A stretch of DNA of 64,000 bases from an uncultured bacterium (GCA_963727525.1 CAVSGO010000008.1:192001-256000), one strand, 5' to 3'; shown: positions 1 through 9,572, counted from the stretch's first letter. Notes: generated from the sequence alone by a model not told the origin. Numbers and translations are program-made.

Positions 1-600
1 CGCAGCGGGGCGATGACCGACGAGCAGAAATGGAAACGGTCCCTCTTTGAACAAAACTATGGCCGGCCGGACCCCAGGTCGTTGATGCGGGCGCTGCTCG
101 AGGTGCTCTCGGTCTCGCTCGACGGCGCCACCGAGGCCCACATCTGGAGCGACAAGCACAAGACCTATCCCTACGCGATCGCGAAGCTACGGTATTGCAA
201 GGTGATCCACGAGACGATCGACTCCCGTGAGCCGCGGACGAGTCGCAACCCGTTGTTCGAGGTCAACTTGCTGGACATGTTGCTGCGGCATTGTCTGAAA
301 GACCACACGCGGGAGACGATCGCGTTCGGGAAGCGACGCCAGCATTCGATCTACCGGCTGGCGATCTTCCTGGTGTGGCGCAACACGATCAAGTTGCGTC
401 GGGAGAAGCGGTGCTGGAGCACGCCGGCGATGCAGATCGGGATCGCCACGAAGCCCTTGACCGAGGAGGAGGTGTTGTCGCGGCGGCTGTTCGTGTCGCA
501 TATCGAGTTGCCGCCGTTGTGGGATGACTACTACTGGCGACGGGTCGAGACGCGGCCATTGAAGGTGAACCGGAGGCACAAGCTGACGTACGCCGCGTAG
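1..600 (+). CDS. IS1-family-like transposase, C-terminal part (truncated by window edge)
   Basis: Same protein as the C-terminal half of 14741-15850 (WSDKHKTY, ETIAFGKR, TPAMQIG). Confidence 0.8.
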   Translation, partial: RSGAMTDEQKWKRSLFEQNYGRPDPRSLMRALLEVLSVSLDGATEAHIWSDKHKTYPYAIAKLRYCKVIHETIDSREPRTSRNPLFEVNLLDMLLRHCLKDHTRETIAFGKRRQHSIYRLAIFLVWRNTIKLRREKRCWSTPAMQIGIATKPLTEEEVLSRRLFVSHIELPPLWDDYYWRRVETRPLKVNRRHKLTYAA

Positions 601-664
601 TGAGAAAGTCGGGCCTGGCGGGCGAGATCCCGGTGCGAAGCCTCGTCAACATTCTTCTTGGCAC
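1..664 (+). mobile_element. IS1-like insertion element, copy 1 (5' part outside window)
   Basis: Positions 1-600 match 15251-15850 except at 130 and 339. Right terminal repeat CGTCAACATTCTTCTTGGCAC at 644-664 is a 20/21 reverse-complement match to the left end of copy 2 (14692-14712). Confidence 0.85.
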
Positions 665-727
665 AACCCGAAGAATGTGTGCGATCATGGATCCTGGATG
701 CCGTTCCTCGAGCCGAAAGGAAGCCGC

Positions 728-1726
728 ATGTCCGCGACCCGATTTCGCGCTCTCATCGTCGAGGAAGTAGCCGAGAACCAGTTCACTCGGTCGCTCCGGG
801 AGCGTACAATCAGCGATCTGCCCGAGGGCGACGTGCTCATCGCCGTCGCCTACTCGTCGCTAAACTACAAGGACGCGCTGTCGGCCACGGGGCATAAGGG
901 CGTGACGCATCACTACCCGCACACGCCGGGGATCGACGCTGCGGGCACCGTCGCCGAGAGCCGCGATCCGCGGTTCGCACCGGGCGACGAGGTCATCGTC
1001 ACCGGCCATGACCTCGGCATGGATACGGACGGGGGATTCGGGCAGTACATCCGCGTGCCGGGCGACTGGATCGTGCGCCGTCCCGAGGATCTCACGCTTC
1101 AGGAAAGCATGGTGCTGGGCACGGCCGGATTCACGGCCGGGCTCGCGGTGCATCGTCTCACGGCCGACGTCGCGCCCGACCAGGGGGAGATCCTCGTCAA
1201 CGGTGCCACCGGTGGTGTGGGCTGCCTCAGCGTGGCGCTGCTCTCACGCCTGGGCTACAAGGTGGTGGCCGCCACGGGCAAGGCGAACGCGGCGGCGTTC
1301 CTGGCGCCGCTGGGCGGCCCTGCGCTCCTCTCGCGCGAGGAGGCGGTGGCCGGCGCACGGCGGCCTATTCTGCGGCCGCGCTGGGCCGGCGTCATCGACA
1401 CCGTGGGCGGCGAGCCCCTCGTGGCCGCGGTCAAGGCGACGCAGACTCATGGCCTCGTGGTGGCGTGCGGCAATGCGGCCGGCAACGACATTTTGCTGAA
1501 CGTCTTCCCCTTCATCCTGCGCGGCATCACGCTCGCGGGCATCGATTCCGCTACCTGCGTCAAGCCGTTGCGCCAGAAGATCTGGCAAAAGCTCGCCACC
1601 GACTGGAAACTCCCTACCCTCGACCACCTCCACCACGTGATCGGTCTCGACGGCCTCGAGGAGGCCATCGCCACCATCCTGCGCGGTGCGATGGAGGGGC
1701 GGGCGGTGGTGGATCTGAGCGCGTGA
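728..1726 (+). CDS. YhdH/AcuI-family NADPH quinone oxidoreductase (MDR superfamily)
   Basis: Motifs YSSLNYKDAL, TPGIDAAG, GTAGFTA, GATGGVG, VFPFILRG and GIDS. ATG at 728 follows GAAAGGAAG. Confidence 0.92.
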   Translation: MSATRFRALIVEEVAENQFTRSLRERTISDLPEGDVLIAVAYSSLNYKDALSATGHKGVTHHYPHTPGIDAAGTVAESRDPRFAPGDEVIVTGHDLGMDTDGGFGQYIRVPGDWIVRRPEDLTLQESMVLGTAGFTAGLAVHRLTADVAPDQGEILVNGATGGVGCLSVALLSRLGYKVVAATGKANAAAFLAPLGGPALLSREEAVAGARRPILRPRWAGVIDTVGGEPLVAAVKATQTHGLVVACGNAAGNDILLNVFPFILRGITLAGIDSATCVKPLRQKIWQKLATDWKLPTLDHLHHVIGLDGLEEAIATILRGAMEGRAVVDLSA

Positions 1727-2286
1727 CTGACGAGATCCGCTGGTTCGACACCCACTGGAGCCGCGTCGGCGCGGTCCTCGCGTGCGTGATGGTGGCGACG
1801 TTGCCCCTGGTGTTGCTGCACTGGGGGTCTGCGGCTGGGTCGATCCATATCGTCCTCATCGGCTACCTGCTGCACCAGGTCGAGGAACATACCGGCGACC
1901 GTTTCCGTCGCTTCGCCAACACCTTCGTGGGCCACGGCCGCGAGGTACTCACCCTGCGTGCCACGATGCTCATCAATGTCGTCGGGGTATGGGGCGGCTA
2001 TCTCGCCCTGATCCTGCTCACCCGGTACGTCGATCCCGGTTTCGGTCTCATCGGCGCCTACGCTGCGATCGTGAACGGTCTGGCGCACATCGCCGTGACC
2101 GCAGTGCGCCGCGTGTACAACCCGGGTTTCTGGACGTCGCTCGTCTTTCTCGTCCCCGCGGGCGCGTGGGCCTGGGTGGCGTGCAGCCGGGCGAACGGCC
2201 TTGGCCTCGCGGCCCACGCGATCGGCCTGGGCGTTGCGGTCCTGATCCACGTTGCCATCATCGGCTGGGTTCGCCACGCGCGATAG
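1723..2286 (+). CDS. HXXEE domain membrane protein
   Basis: HQVEE motif, NGLAH and YNPG, several hydrophobic helices. The GTG start overlaps the upstream TGA. Confidence 0.85.
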   Translation: MTDEIRWFDTHWSRVGAVLACVMVATLPLVLLHWGSAAGSIHIVLIGYLLHQVEEHTGDRFRRFANTFVGHGREVLTLRATMLINVVGVWGGYLALILLTRYVDPGFGLIGAYAAIVNGLAHIAVTAVRRVYNPGFWTSLVFLVPAGAWAWVACSRANGLGLAAHAIGLGVAVLIHVAIIGWVRHAR

Positions 2287-2313
2287 GTCGCACGGCGCCG
2301 TGGCCGAGACCTT

Positions 2314-4062
2314 TCATCGCACCACGATCACGCGGCCCGATACCGCAGTGCCTCCGGCGACGGCCCGTACGAGATACACACCGGCCGGTACGTCGCGGCC
2401 GGCGCCGTCGCGGCGATCCCAGGTGACGACGATGGTGCCGGCACCACGCGCCGCGCCGTGGAGGAGGGTGCGCACGTGGCGGCCGCGGACATCGAAGATC
2501 GCGAGGTCGAGAGCGTCGCCGTGCGGCACGGACAGGGACAGACGCGCGCGCGCCGCGTCCGGACCACCCAGTACCGTCAACGCGAGGTCGTGCGGAGACG
2601 ACACGCCATCCACCGCCGTCGCATCGCCGTCGCGCACGCGGTCGCAGTACACGTCAGGTTCGTAGAGGGAGTCGCGGTCGTCGGGCCAGGTCACGATGAT
2701 GCCGTCGGCGCCTCGGACGAGGTCGGGACGCTGCTGGTTGCCGGGTGCGACGCACACGGCCACACCATCGTCGGCCCATTGCGGCCGGCCGGCGTCGTCG
2801 ACGTGCTGGGCGTAGATGTCCTCGAGGCCTGTGCCGCTGCGGTTATCCTCCCAGGCCAGGAATGCGCCGCCGCTGCCGTCGGCCACGAGATCGACGTCGC
2901 GCTGGGCATCGAGGGCGGCACACACGGCGACACCGTTTAGCGCCCACGCCGGTGCGCCGGCGGCGGTGATCCGCTGGGCGTAGATGTTCAGGTTCCAGGG
3001 TGGGCCGCTGGCGTCGCGGTAGTCGAACCAGGCAACGACGGCACCACTCGCGCCGTCGGTATCCAGGGCGGGGCGATACTGCGACTCGGCGGCGGTACAC
3101 ACGGTGCTGCCGCCGGCCGTCCACCGTGGGGCGCCGTTCGCGGCGGCGAGCTTCTGGCCGTAGATGTCGGGCGAGCCACTGCGCCGGTCGACCCAGGCGA
3201 GGAGCACGTCGCCGTCCTCGGCCCGGCGTGCGGTGATGGCATCCTGACCGCCGCTGCCGGTCGCCACCGGTATGCCGTTCGCCGTCCACAGGGCCGTGCC
3301 CGCCGTGTCGAGGCGCTGAGCGTAGACGTCACCGACGTCGTCGCGCGCATCGCTCCAGGCCACGAACGCGCCGCCCTGGCCGTCGGCGCACACGGTGGGG
3401 CCGTCCTGGTCCCATGCGAAGGCGACGACCGGCAGGGACTGACCGCCGTTCCACAGCGGCTGGCCTCCGCCGTCGATGCGTTGCGCGTGGATGTCGTAGA
3501 ACACGGGATCGTCGTTCTTGTCCTGCCACACCACGATGAGTCCGTCGGCTCCGTCACGGCATGCGGTGGGCTGGTCTTCCATACCGGTGCGCGCCGCGAC
3601 CGCCACGCCATTCGTGGTCAGCAGCGCGTGGCCTCCGGCGTCGAGGTGCTGCACGTACACGTCGCGCGCCCGCGCGGCGAACGCGCGCTCGTCCTGCCAG
3701 ACGATCCAGGCGCCGCCGGTGCCGTCGGACACCAGCGGCGTGAAGCCGGTGGTACTCGTGGATGAGTGGTAGAGGGCCTGATCGCCCGCGGCCGTGCACA
3801 CCGGCACGCCGTCGGCCGTCCACAGCACCGTGCCGTTGGCGGCCACACGCTGGGCGTAGAGGTCGCGGTCGTCCGTGCGCTGGTCCTCCCAGGCCACGAT
3901 CGCCCCGCCGGCGCCGTCGGTGACGACGAACACGTCGCTCTTGGCGCCCTGTGCCAGGCTCACGGGTACGTTGACGGTGGGGTCGTCGGGCCAGGCAGCC
4001 AGGGCGGGCGCCACCAGGGCGAACACGAACAGCGCAAGGTTGGAGCGACGAGCGATGGACAT
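2314..4062 (-). CDS. Secreted repeat (probable beta-propeller) protein with C-terminal FlgD-Ig-like domain
   Basis: Signal peptide; about 8 repeats of DGxGGAxVAWxDxR...D(I/V)YAQR; C-terminus contains IFDVRGRHVRTL...WDRRDGAGRDVPAGVYLVR. Confidence 0.8.
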   Translation of the reverse strand: MSIARRSNLALFVFALVAPALAAWPDDPTVNVPVSLAQGAKSDVFVVTDGAGGAIVAWEDQRTDDRDLYAQRVAANGTVLWTADGVPVCTAAGDQALYHSSTSTTGFTPLVSDGTGGAWIVWQDERAFAARARDVYVQHLDAGGHALLTTNGVAVAARTGMEDQPTACRDGADGLIVVWQDKNDDPVFYDIHAQRIDGGGQPLWNGGQSLPVVAFAWDQDGPTVCADGQGGAFVAWSDARDDVGDVYAQRLDTAGTALWTANGIPVATGSGGQDAITARRAEDGDVLLAWVDRRSGSPDIYGQKLAAANGAPRWTAGGSTVCTAAESQYRPALDTDGASGAVVAWFDYRDASGPPWNLNIYAQRITAAGAPAWALNGVAVCAALDAQRDVDLVADGSGGAFLAWEDNRSGTGLEDIYAQHVDDAGRPQWADDGVAVCVAPGNQQRPDLVRGADGIIVTWPDDRDSLYEPDVYCDRVRDGDATAVDGVSSPHDLALTVLGGPDAARARLSLSVPHGDALDLAIFDVRGRHVRTLLHGAARGAGTIVVTWDRRDGAGRDVPAGVYLVRAVAGGTAVSGRVIVVR

Positions 4063-4179
4063 GGTGATCGACCTCGGGATCGCGGGACATCGAGCACGAA
4101 TGTCCATTGTACCACATCAGTGCCGGTCGTCGCGGTTCCGCCTACCGTGTCAGGCATCACCGCGAACGAGGAGATGGCC

Positions 4180-5544
4180 ATGGGCGTGATGATGCAAGCC
4201 TTTTACTGGGACTGCCACGTGTCCGAGAACCGGCGCGAGAAGTGGTGGCCGCACGTGACGAACCAGGTGCCGGCCCTCGCCCGGGCGGGATTCACCGGGC
4301 TGTGGTTGCCGCCCGCCAGCAAGGGCGACGCGCGGCTGGGCATGGGCTACGATCCGTTCGACTACTTCGATCTCGGCGAGTTCGATCAGCGCGGCGACGT
4401 GCCCACGGGCTTCGGCACCCGCACCGACCTCGAGGCGCTCATCGGCGAGGCCCACGCCCGCAATCTGCAGGTGTACGCAGACGTCGTGTACAATCATTGC
4501 AGCGGCGGGGCGCTCGAGCCCAATCCGGATATCGGCGGCGAGTACTGGACGCGCTTCGACCCGGCCAGCGACCGGTTTCCGCGCAACTACGCGTGCTTCC
4601 ATCCGAGCCGTTACGAGGCCCACGACCATCATCGGCGCTACGGCGGTTTTCCCGACCTCTGCCACCGCAATCCCGACGTCTACGGCTGGCTCCTGGAGCA
4701 CGCACGGTTCCTGGTGGAGGACGTGGGTTTCGACGGGTTCCGCTTCGACCTCGTCAACGGGTACGGCGCCTGGATCGTCGCGGCCGTGCTGGAGTACCTG
4801 TACCGTCCGCAGGACGGGCGACGCAACGCGAGCGTCGATGGCCGCGAGTACTTCCGGCCCTTCGGCTGCGGCGAATCGTGGTCGATGGCGGGCGACATCA
4901 CGCACTGGCTCGATACGGTGGATCCCCGCGGCGACACGCCCACGGCCGCCTTCGATTTCCCCATGCGCTATCGCCTGAAGGACCTCTGCGACCGCCCCGG
5001 CTATTCGCTCCGCGATCTCTCCGCACCGGGCGCCCTGTGCATCGACCGGCCGGAGCAAGCCGTCACCTTCGTCGACAACCACGATCTGCGCGGCGAGCCC
5101 AACCCGCCCATCATCAACGACAAGATGCTGGCCTACGCCGTCATTCTCACCCATCCCGGCTACCCGTGCGTGTTCTGGCAGGACTACTTCACCTACGATC
5201 TGGCCCTGCCCGGCGAACCCAGCGGCATCGACGCACTGGTCGCCGCGCACGAGCGCCACGCCGGCGGCGGCATGATCGTGCGCCACGCCGCCGACGATCT
5301 CTACCTCATGGAGCGCACCGGCTGGGGCGACCAGTCGGGCCTCGTCTTCGTGCTCAACAACCGCGGCGACAGCTGGCATGGCACCTGGATCCCCACGCAG
5401 CGCGCGGGGACGTACTGGGAACCGGTGGCCTGGCGCGGGCGCGCCGACCTGAATGCGCCCCAGGGCACGTGGAGCGGCGGTGAGGGGTGGGCACAGTTCT
5501 GGGCACCGCCCCGCGGATATGCCGTGTATGCACCGCGGACGTGA
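4180..5544 (+). CDS. Alpha-amylase (GH13)
   Basis: VMMQAFYWD, GYDPFDYFDLGE, DVVYNH, DGFRFD, GESW and FVDNHD catalytic regions. GAGGAG RBS upstream. Confidence 0.9.
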   Translation: MGVMMQAFYWDCHVSENRREKWWPHVTNQVPALARAGFTGLWLPPASKGDARLGMGYDPFDYFDLGEFDQRGDVPTGFGTRTDLEALIGEAHARNLQVYADVVYNHCSGGALEPNPDIGGEYWTRFDPASDRFPRNYACFHPSRYEAHDHHRRYGGFPDLCHRNPDVYGWLLEHARFLVEDVGFDGFRFDLVNGYGAWIVAAVLEYLYRPQDGRRNASVDGREYFRPFGCGESWSMAGDITHWLDTVDPRGDTPTAAFDFPMRYRLKDLCDRPGYSLRDLSAPGALCIDRPEQAVTFVDNHDLRGEPNPPIINDKMLAYAVILTHPGYPCVFWQDYFTYDLALPGEPSGIDALVAAHERHAGGGMIVRHAADDLYLMERTGWGDQSGLVFVLNNRGDSWHGTWIPTQRAGTYWEPVAWRGRADLNAPQGTWSGGEGWAQFWAPPRGYAVYAPRT

Positions 5545-5601
5545 CAGAGCGGCGGGTCGTCGTCTAGTATGCGCGGCAACCGTCAGCTCCGGAGGACCTC
5601 G

Positions 5602-7317
5602 ATGCCGCGCAATATCCGCCGTAGGAGATCGCGCCGCCGCACCCCGCGCCAGTGGCTCTCCGAGCTGGCTGCCCTGAAGACGGACTTCGGTCCCGAGGCC
5701 TCGGTACGCAAGCGCGCCCTGCTCGCCGAAGCTGCGAGGACGACCCTCTCCAGCGCCGACGACGTGCTGCGGCTCCACGAGATCCTCTGTTTCTGGCGAG
5801 CCTATCCCGACGACCGCGAACTCCTCGTCCTGGTCGAGGGGCTGCTCGCTGATTTCGAGCAGCGCCGCGACCTGAAACGCCACCGCGACGAACTCGCCGA
5901 CACCGGCGTTGCCGGTACCGCCATCCACTACCCGTTCTTCATGCAGATGGCGCAATGGGTGGCCACGCGGTGGCCGGATCGGCTGCATGTCGACTGGTCC
6001 GAGGTGGAGGAGCCCGACAAGCTCGAAAAGGTGCTGAGTCTGCTGGCCCTGTACAGCGAGACGCCTGCGCTCGACGAGTACGCGTTTGCCGTGCCGCAGT
6101 GGCTGGAGCGCCTGAAGGGGCCTGACGAGACCGACGGCACGTTCCTGGCCCGGCGCATCGCCGATCTCGGGCTCGACACGTTCATGCACGAGTACTTCTA
6201 CGAGCACCTGCACCTGCCCATGCGTATCGCGCCGGGCGCCGGCGGGCCGTCGCGCACCCGGGCCAGACTGGCGGGTTTCCCCTTCGTGCCGCAGCGCGGG
6301 CCGCTCGAGGCCACGCGTCCTGACCTACCGGCGGCGCTCGGTCGCCAGCCCCGGCGGGTCGCCGCCGTCTCGCGGCAGCGCGGGCAGGCGATCATCGATC
6401 TCGCACGCGAGGCCATGGTCACGCGCAGCCGCGATCTCGATTGCTTCGCCTTCGGCGATCCGCGCGACGTGCGCCTGATCGACTGCGGCGACGGCCTCGT
6501 GTTCGCCGCCATCGGTCTGCTGCCCGAACGACGCCTGCTCTTCGAGTCCGTGTACGGTTTCCTCACCTTCAAGAACGGCGTGCCCATCGGCTACGTGCTC
6601 AACAGCGCGCTCATGGGTTCGGTGGAGGTGGCATACAATGTCTTCGAGACCTATCGCGGCGGCGAGGCGGCGCGTGTCTACGGCTGGCTGCTCGCGAGCC
6701 TGCGCCACCTGTTCCGTGCCGACACGTTCACCATCTACCCGTACCAGCTCGGCGGCGAGGGGAATGACGAGGGACTGCAGTCGGGCGCCTGGTGGTTCTA
6801 CCAGAAGCTCGGCTTCCGCGCGCGAGATCCGCAGGTCCTTGCGCTGATGGAGCGCGAGCTGACACGCATGCGGCGCGATCCGCGTCATCGCTCGAGCATC
6901 GCCACCCTGGAGAAGCTGGCGGCGCAGAATGTGTACTACCACCTCGGGCCGGAGCGTGACGACGTGATCGGCGTGCTCTCGCTGGCCGGCGTCGGGCTGC
7001 GCATCTCGGCTTACCTCGCGCAGCGCTTTGGTTCCGACCGCCGCCGGGGCGCGGCGGTTTGCGCCCGGGAAGCTGCCGCTGCTCTTGGCGTACGGCAAGG
7101 CTCCCGGTTCACCGCCGGCGAGCGCCTGGCCTGGACTCGCTGGGCGCCGCTGGTGCTCATCCTGCCGGGGCTGGCCCGCTGGTCGGATGCGGACAGGGCC
7201 GCGCTCGTGGAGGTGATCCGTGCCAAGGGTGGTCGGCGCGAGTCCGACTTCGTGGCGCGTTTCGACCGCCACACCCGACTGCGCGCTGCCGTGTGTCGCC
7301 TCGCCGTGGAGGAATGA
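5602..7317 (+). CDS. Conserved hypothetical protein, possible GNAT-like region in the C-terminal half
   Basis: Long ORF with host-like codon usage and a GGAGG RBS. Contains NDEGLQSGAWWFYQKLGF. Confidence 0.75.
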   Translation: MPRNIRRRRSRRRTPRQWLSELAALKTDFGPEASVRKRALLAEAARTTLSSADDVLRLHEILCFWRAYPDDRELLVLVEGLLADFEQRRDLKRHRDELADTGVAGTAIHYPFFMQMAQWVATRWPDRLHVDWSEVEEPDKLEKVLSLLALYSETPALDEYAFAVPQWLERLKGPDETDGTFLARRIADLGLDTFMHEYFYEHLHLPMRIAPGAGGPSRTRARLAGFPFVPQRGPLEATRPDLPAALGRQPRRVAAVSRQRGQAIIDLAREAMVTRSRDLDCFAFGDPRDVRLIDCGDGLVFAAIGLLPERRLLFESVYGFLTFKNGVPIGYVLNSALMGSVEVAYNVFETYRGGEAARVYGWLLASLRHLFRADTFTIYPYQLGGEGNDEGLQSGAWWFYQKLGFRARDPQVLALMERELTRMRRDPRHRSSIATLEKLAAQNVYYHLGPERDDVIGVLSLAGVGLRISAYLAQRFGSDRRRGAAVCAREAAAALGVRQGSRFTAGERLAWTRWAPLVLILPGLARWSDADRAALVEVIRAKGGRRESDFVARFDRHTRLRAAVCRLAVEE

Positions 7318-7376
7318 CGGTGGCGGGGGTGCGGGCCCTGGGCTAGAATGCGCCGGGCCCTGCCGAGGATGGAACC

Positions 7377-8888
7377 GTGGTCGACGTTTTGCCGATGACC
7401 GCCGCCGATCCCGCCACGCTGTCGTCGTGGCGGCCGGAGCTGCTGCTCATCGCCACGTTCCTCGCCACCATGCCCCTGTCGCTCGTCGCGCGCGGACGGC
7501 TCCCCGGACTCACACGATTCGTCGCCATCGTCGGACTGGTGGCAGCCGCGTCCGCGGCGATCATTGGGCTCGGCAATGGTCCGACCGGCGTGCTCGGTCC
7601 GGTGCTCGTGGTCGATCCCCTGGCGGCTCTCGTGCGCGCCTTGCTCGTGGTCGCGGCGCTGGCGGCGGTGGTGCTGGGATCGCGCCAGTGGCGGGGGCGG
7701 CCCGCGGTGCACGATCTGGGTGTCGCCGTCATTCCCTTCCTCATGCTGCACACCCTGGCCGCCTGCGTCGTGGTGGAGGCGCGCGGCATCGTGGGCATCG
7801 TCGTGGGCGTGATGGGTCTGGGCGTCATGGGCACGCTCGTGGCCGGCCTCGCAGCCCGGACGCCGCAGGCTCGCGCGGCGGCCCTGCGCTTCGGTGTGGG
7901 CATCGCGGCGGGAGCGGCCGTGGTCACTTACGGGGTCTCCCTTCTGTACCCCATGGTCGGGACCGACGACCTCGCCGCCATGGGCACCGCGCTCCTGGCC
8001 GGGCTGCCCACGCGCGGCGCGATGATCGTGATCGTCGTCCTGCTGGTGCTCGGGCTCACGGGTCTCGCGGTCACCACACCTCTCACCTGGCGACGGGCTG
8101 GGGCGCGCTCTGCCGACGACCTCCCGCCCATGATCATCGGCTATCTTTCCACCGTGCCGCCGCTGGCCATCCTTGTCCTGCTGTGGCGGCTGGCGCGCGC
8201 ACTCGCCGGGTCGATCGGCGACCCGAGCGCGGCGGCCCTGCAGCGTCTGTTGCCGTGGCCCGGTCTGCTCACGGGGCTCGCCGTGGCGGCCATGACGCTC
8301 GGGGCCGTGCTGGCATTGCGCCAGCAGCGCGTCACGGTGCTCCTGGCCTGGCTGGCCGTGGCGCAGGCGGGCTATGGCCTGCTGGCGCTGATCGCTGCGC
8401 CGGAGGTGCTCCTGGCGCCCACCCTGCTGCACCTGGGGTTCTTCGCGCTCGCCAACCTGGGCGCCTTCGGACTGGCTCAAGTGGTGGTTGCGGCCCGGGG
8501 TGACGACGCGCGGGCGGCCTTCGTGGGCTGGGGACGCCGGCAGTTCCTGCCGGCGGCGATGCTCGCCGTCTTCCTGATGTCGCTGGCCGGCATGCCGCCG
8601 ACAGTCGGTTTCGTGGCGCGGGTGCGGTTGCTGGCCGCCCTGGTGGAGACCGATCGCCTCGGTCTGGCCGTCACGGTGGCGGGCCTCGGCCTGCTGGCCG
8701 CGTTCGGGTATCTGCGCGTGGTGATCGACATGTTTCGCCCGGTGAGACCCGAGAGCGAGGTGACGACGGTGGACCTGGGTCCGCTGGCCATGCTGTCGCT
8801 TCTGGCCCTGCTGGCCCCGGTCCTGGCCGGCGGACTCGTCTGGCATTTGTTGACGGCCGTGGCGATCCGGGCGGCGACCGGGCTGTGA
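7377..8888 (+). CDS. Divergent NuoN-like (proton-conducting membrane transporter family) protein
   Basis: Many TM helices; PELLL at the N-terminus, YGVSLLY, QAGYGLL, NLGAF, MSLAGMPPTVGF and YLRVVIDMF. Start codon uncertain. Confidence 0.8.
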   Translation: MVDVLPMTAADPATLSSWRPELLLIATFLATMPLSLVARGRLPGLTRFVAIVGLVAAASAAIIGLGNGPTGVLGPVLVVDPLAALVRALLVVAALAAVVLGSRQWRGRPAVHDLGVAVIPFLMLHTLAACVVVEARGIVGIVVGVMGLGVMGTLVAGLAARTPQARAAALRFGVGIAAGAAVVTYGVSLLYPMVGTDDLAAMGTALLAGLPTRGAMIVIVVLLVLGLTGLAVTTPLTWRRAGARSADDLPPMIIGYLSTVPPLAILVLLWRLARALAGSIGDPSAAALQRLLPWPGLLTGLAVAAMTLGAVLALRQQRVTVLLAWLAVAQAGYGLLALIAAPEVLLAPTLLHLGFFALANLGAFGLAQVVVAARGDDARAAFVGWGRRQFLPAAMLAVFLMSLAGMPPTVGFVARVRLLAALVETDRLGLAVTVAGLGLLAAFGYLRVVIDMFRPVRPESEVTTVDLGPLAMLSLLALLAPVLAGGLVWHLLTAVAIRAATGL

Positions 8889-8936
8889 CGTTATCCTGAA
8901 GCCCCTGCCGAGAGAATCTGACGAACGGGAGCGGCC

Positions 8937-9548
8937 ATGACCTTTCCGCAATCCTTCTATCGCTGGCGTCCGCATCCCTGGCACGGACTCGAGGTGGGGC
9001 CGCAGCCGCCCGAAGTCGTCACCGCGTACATCGAGATCACGCCCTACGATCTGGTGAAGTACGAGGTGGACAAGAGGACCGGGTACCTGCGTGTGGACCG
9101 GCCGCAGCGGACCTCGTCGCAGCCACCGGCGCTCTACGGTTTCATCCCACGCACGTTCTGCGGCCGGCGCGTGGGCGCGCTCTCGCCCGCGGCGGCACGC
9201 GGCGACGGCGACCCGCTCGACGTCTGCGTAATCAGCGAGCGCCCGATCAACCGCTCCGAGGTCATCCTCAGCGCCCGCGTGGTGGGCGGCCTGCGGGTGA
9301 TCGACCACGACGAGGCCGATGACAAGATCGTGGCCGTGCTCAACAACGACAACGTCTGGAGCCACGTGCGCGAGATCGCCGAGCTGCCGACCGCGCTGGT
9401 CGACCGACTGCGTCACTACTTCGCGACATACAAGCAGCTCCTGGGGGAACCCGCGCACCTGCTCGTGCAGGAGACGTACGCGGCGGCCGACGCCTTCAAG
9501 GTGATCGCCGCGGCCATGGCCGACTACGACGACGAGTACGGCGCCTAG
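8937..9548 (+). CDS. ppa: Inorganic pyrophosphatase (family I)
   Basis: HPWH, KYEVDK, RVDR, YGFIPRT, DGDPLD and DDKIVAV. Confidence 0.95.
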   Translation: MTFPQSFYRWRPHPWHGLEVGPQPPEVVTAYIEITPYDLVKYEVDKRTGYLRVDRPQRTSSQPPALYGFIPRTFCGRRVGALSPAAARGDGDPLDVCVISERPINRSEVILSARVVGGLRVIDHDEADDKIVAVLNNDNVWSHVREIAELPTALVDRLRHYFATYKQLLGEPAHLLVQETYAAADAFKVIAAAMADYDDEYGA

Positions 9549-9572
9549 GTCCAGCGGTCCGGACGTCGCGGT

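Noticed and set aside
4150-6213. Long antisense or alternate-frame ORFs (e.g. 4150-6213, 7011-9458, 20951-22852, 35203-36951, 51120-53027)
   Set aside because: Shadow ORFs of real genes, expected at high GC, with no recognisable motifs.
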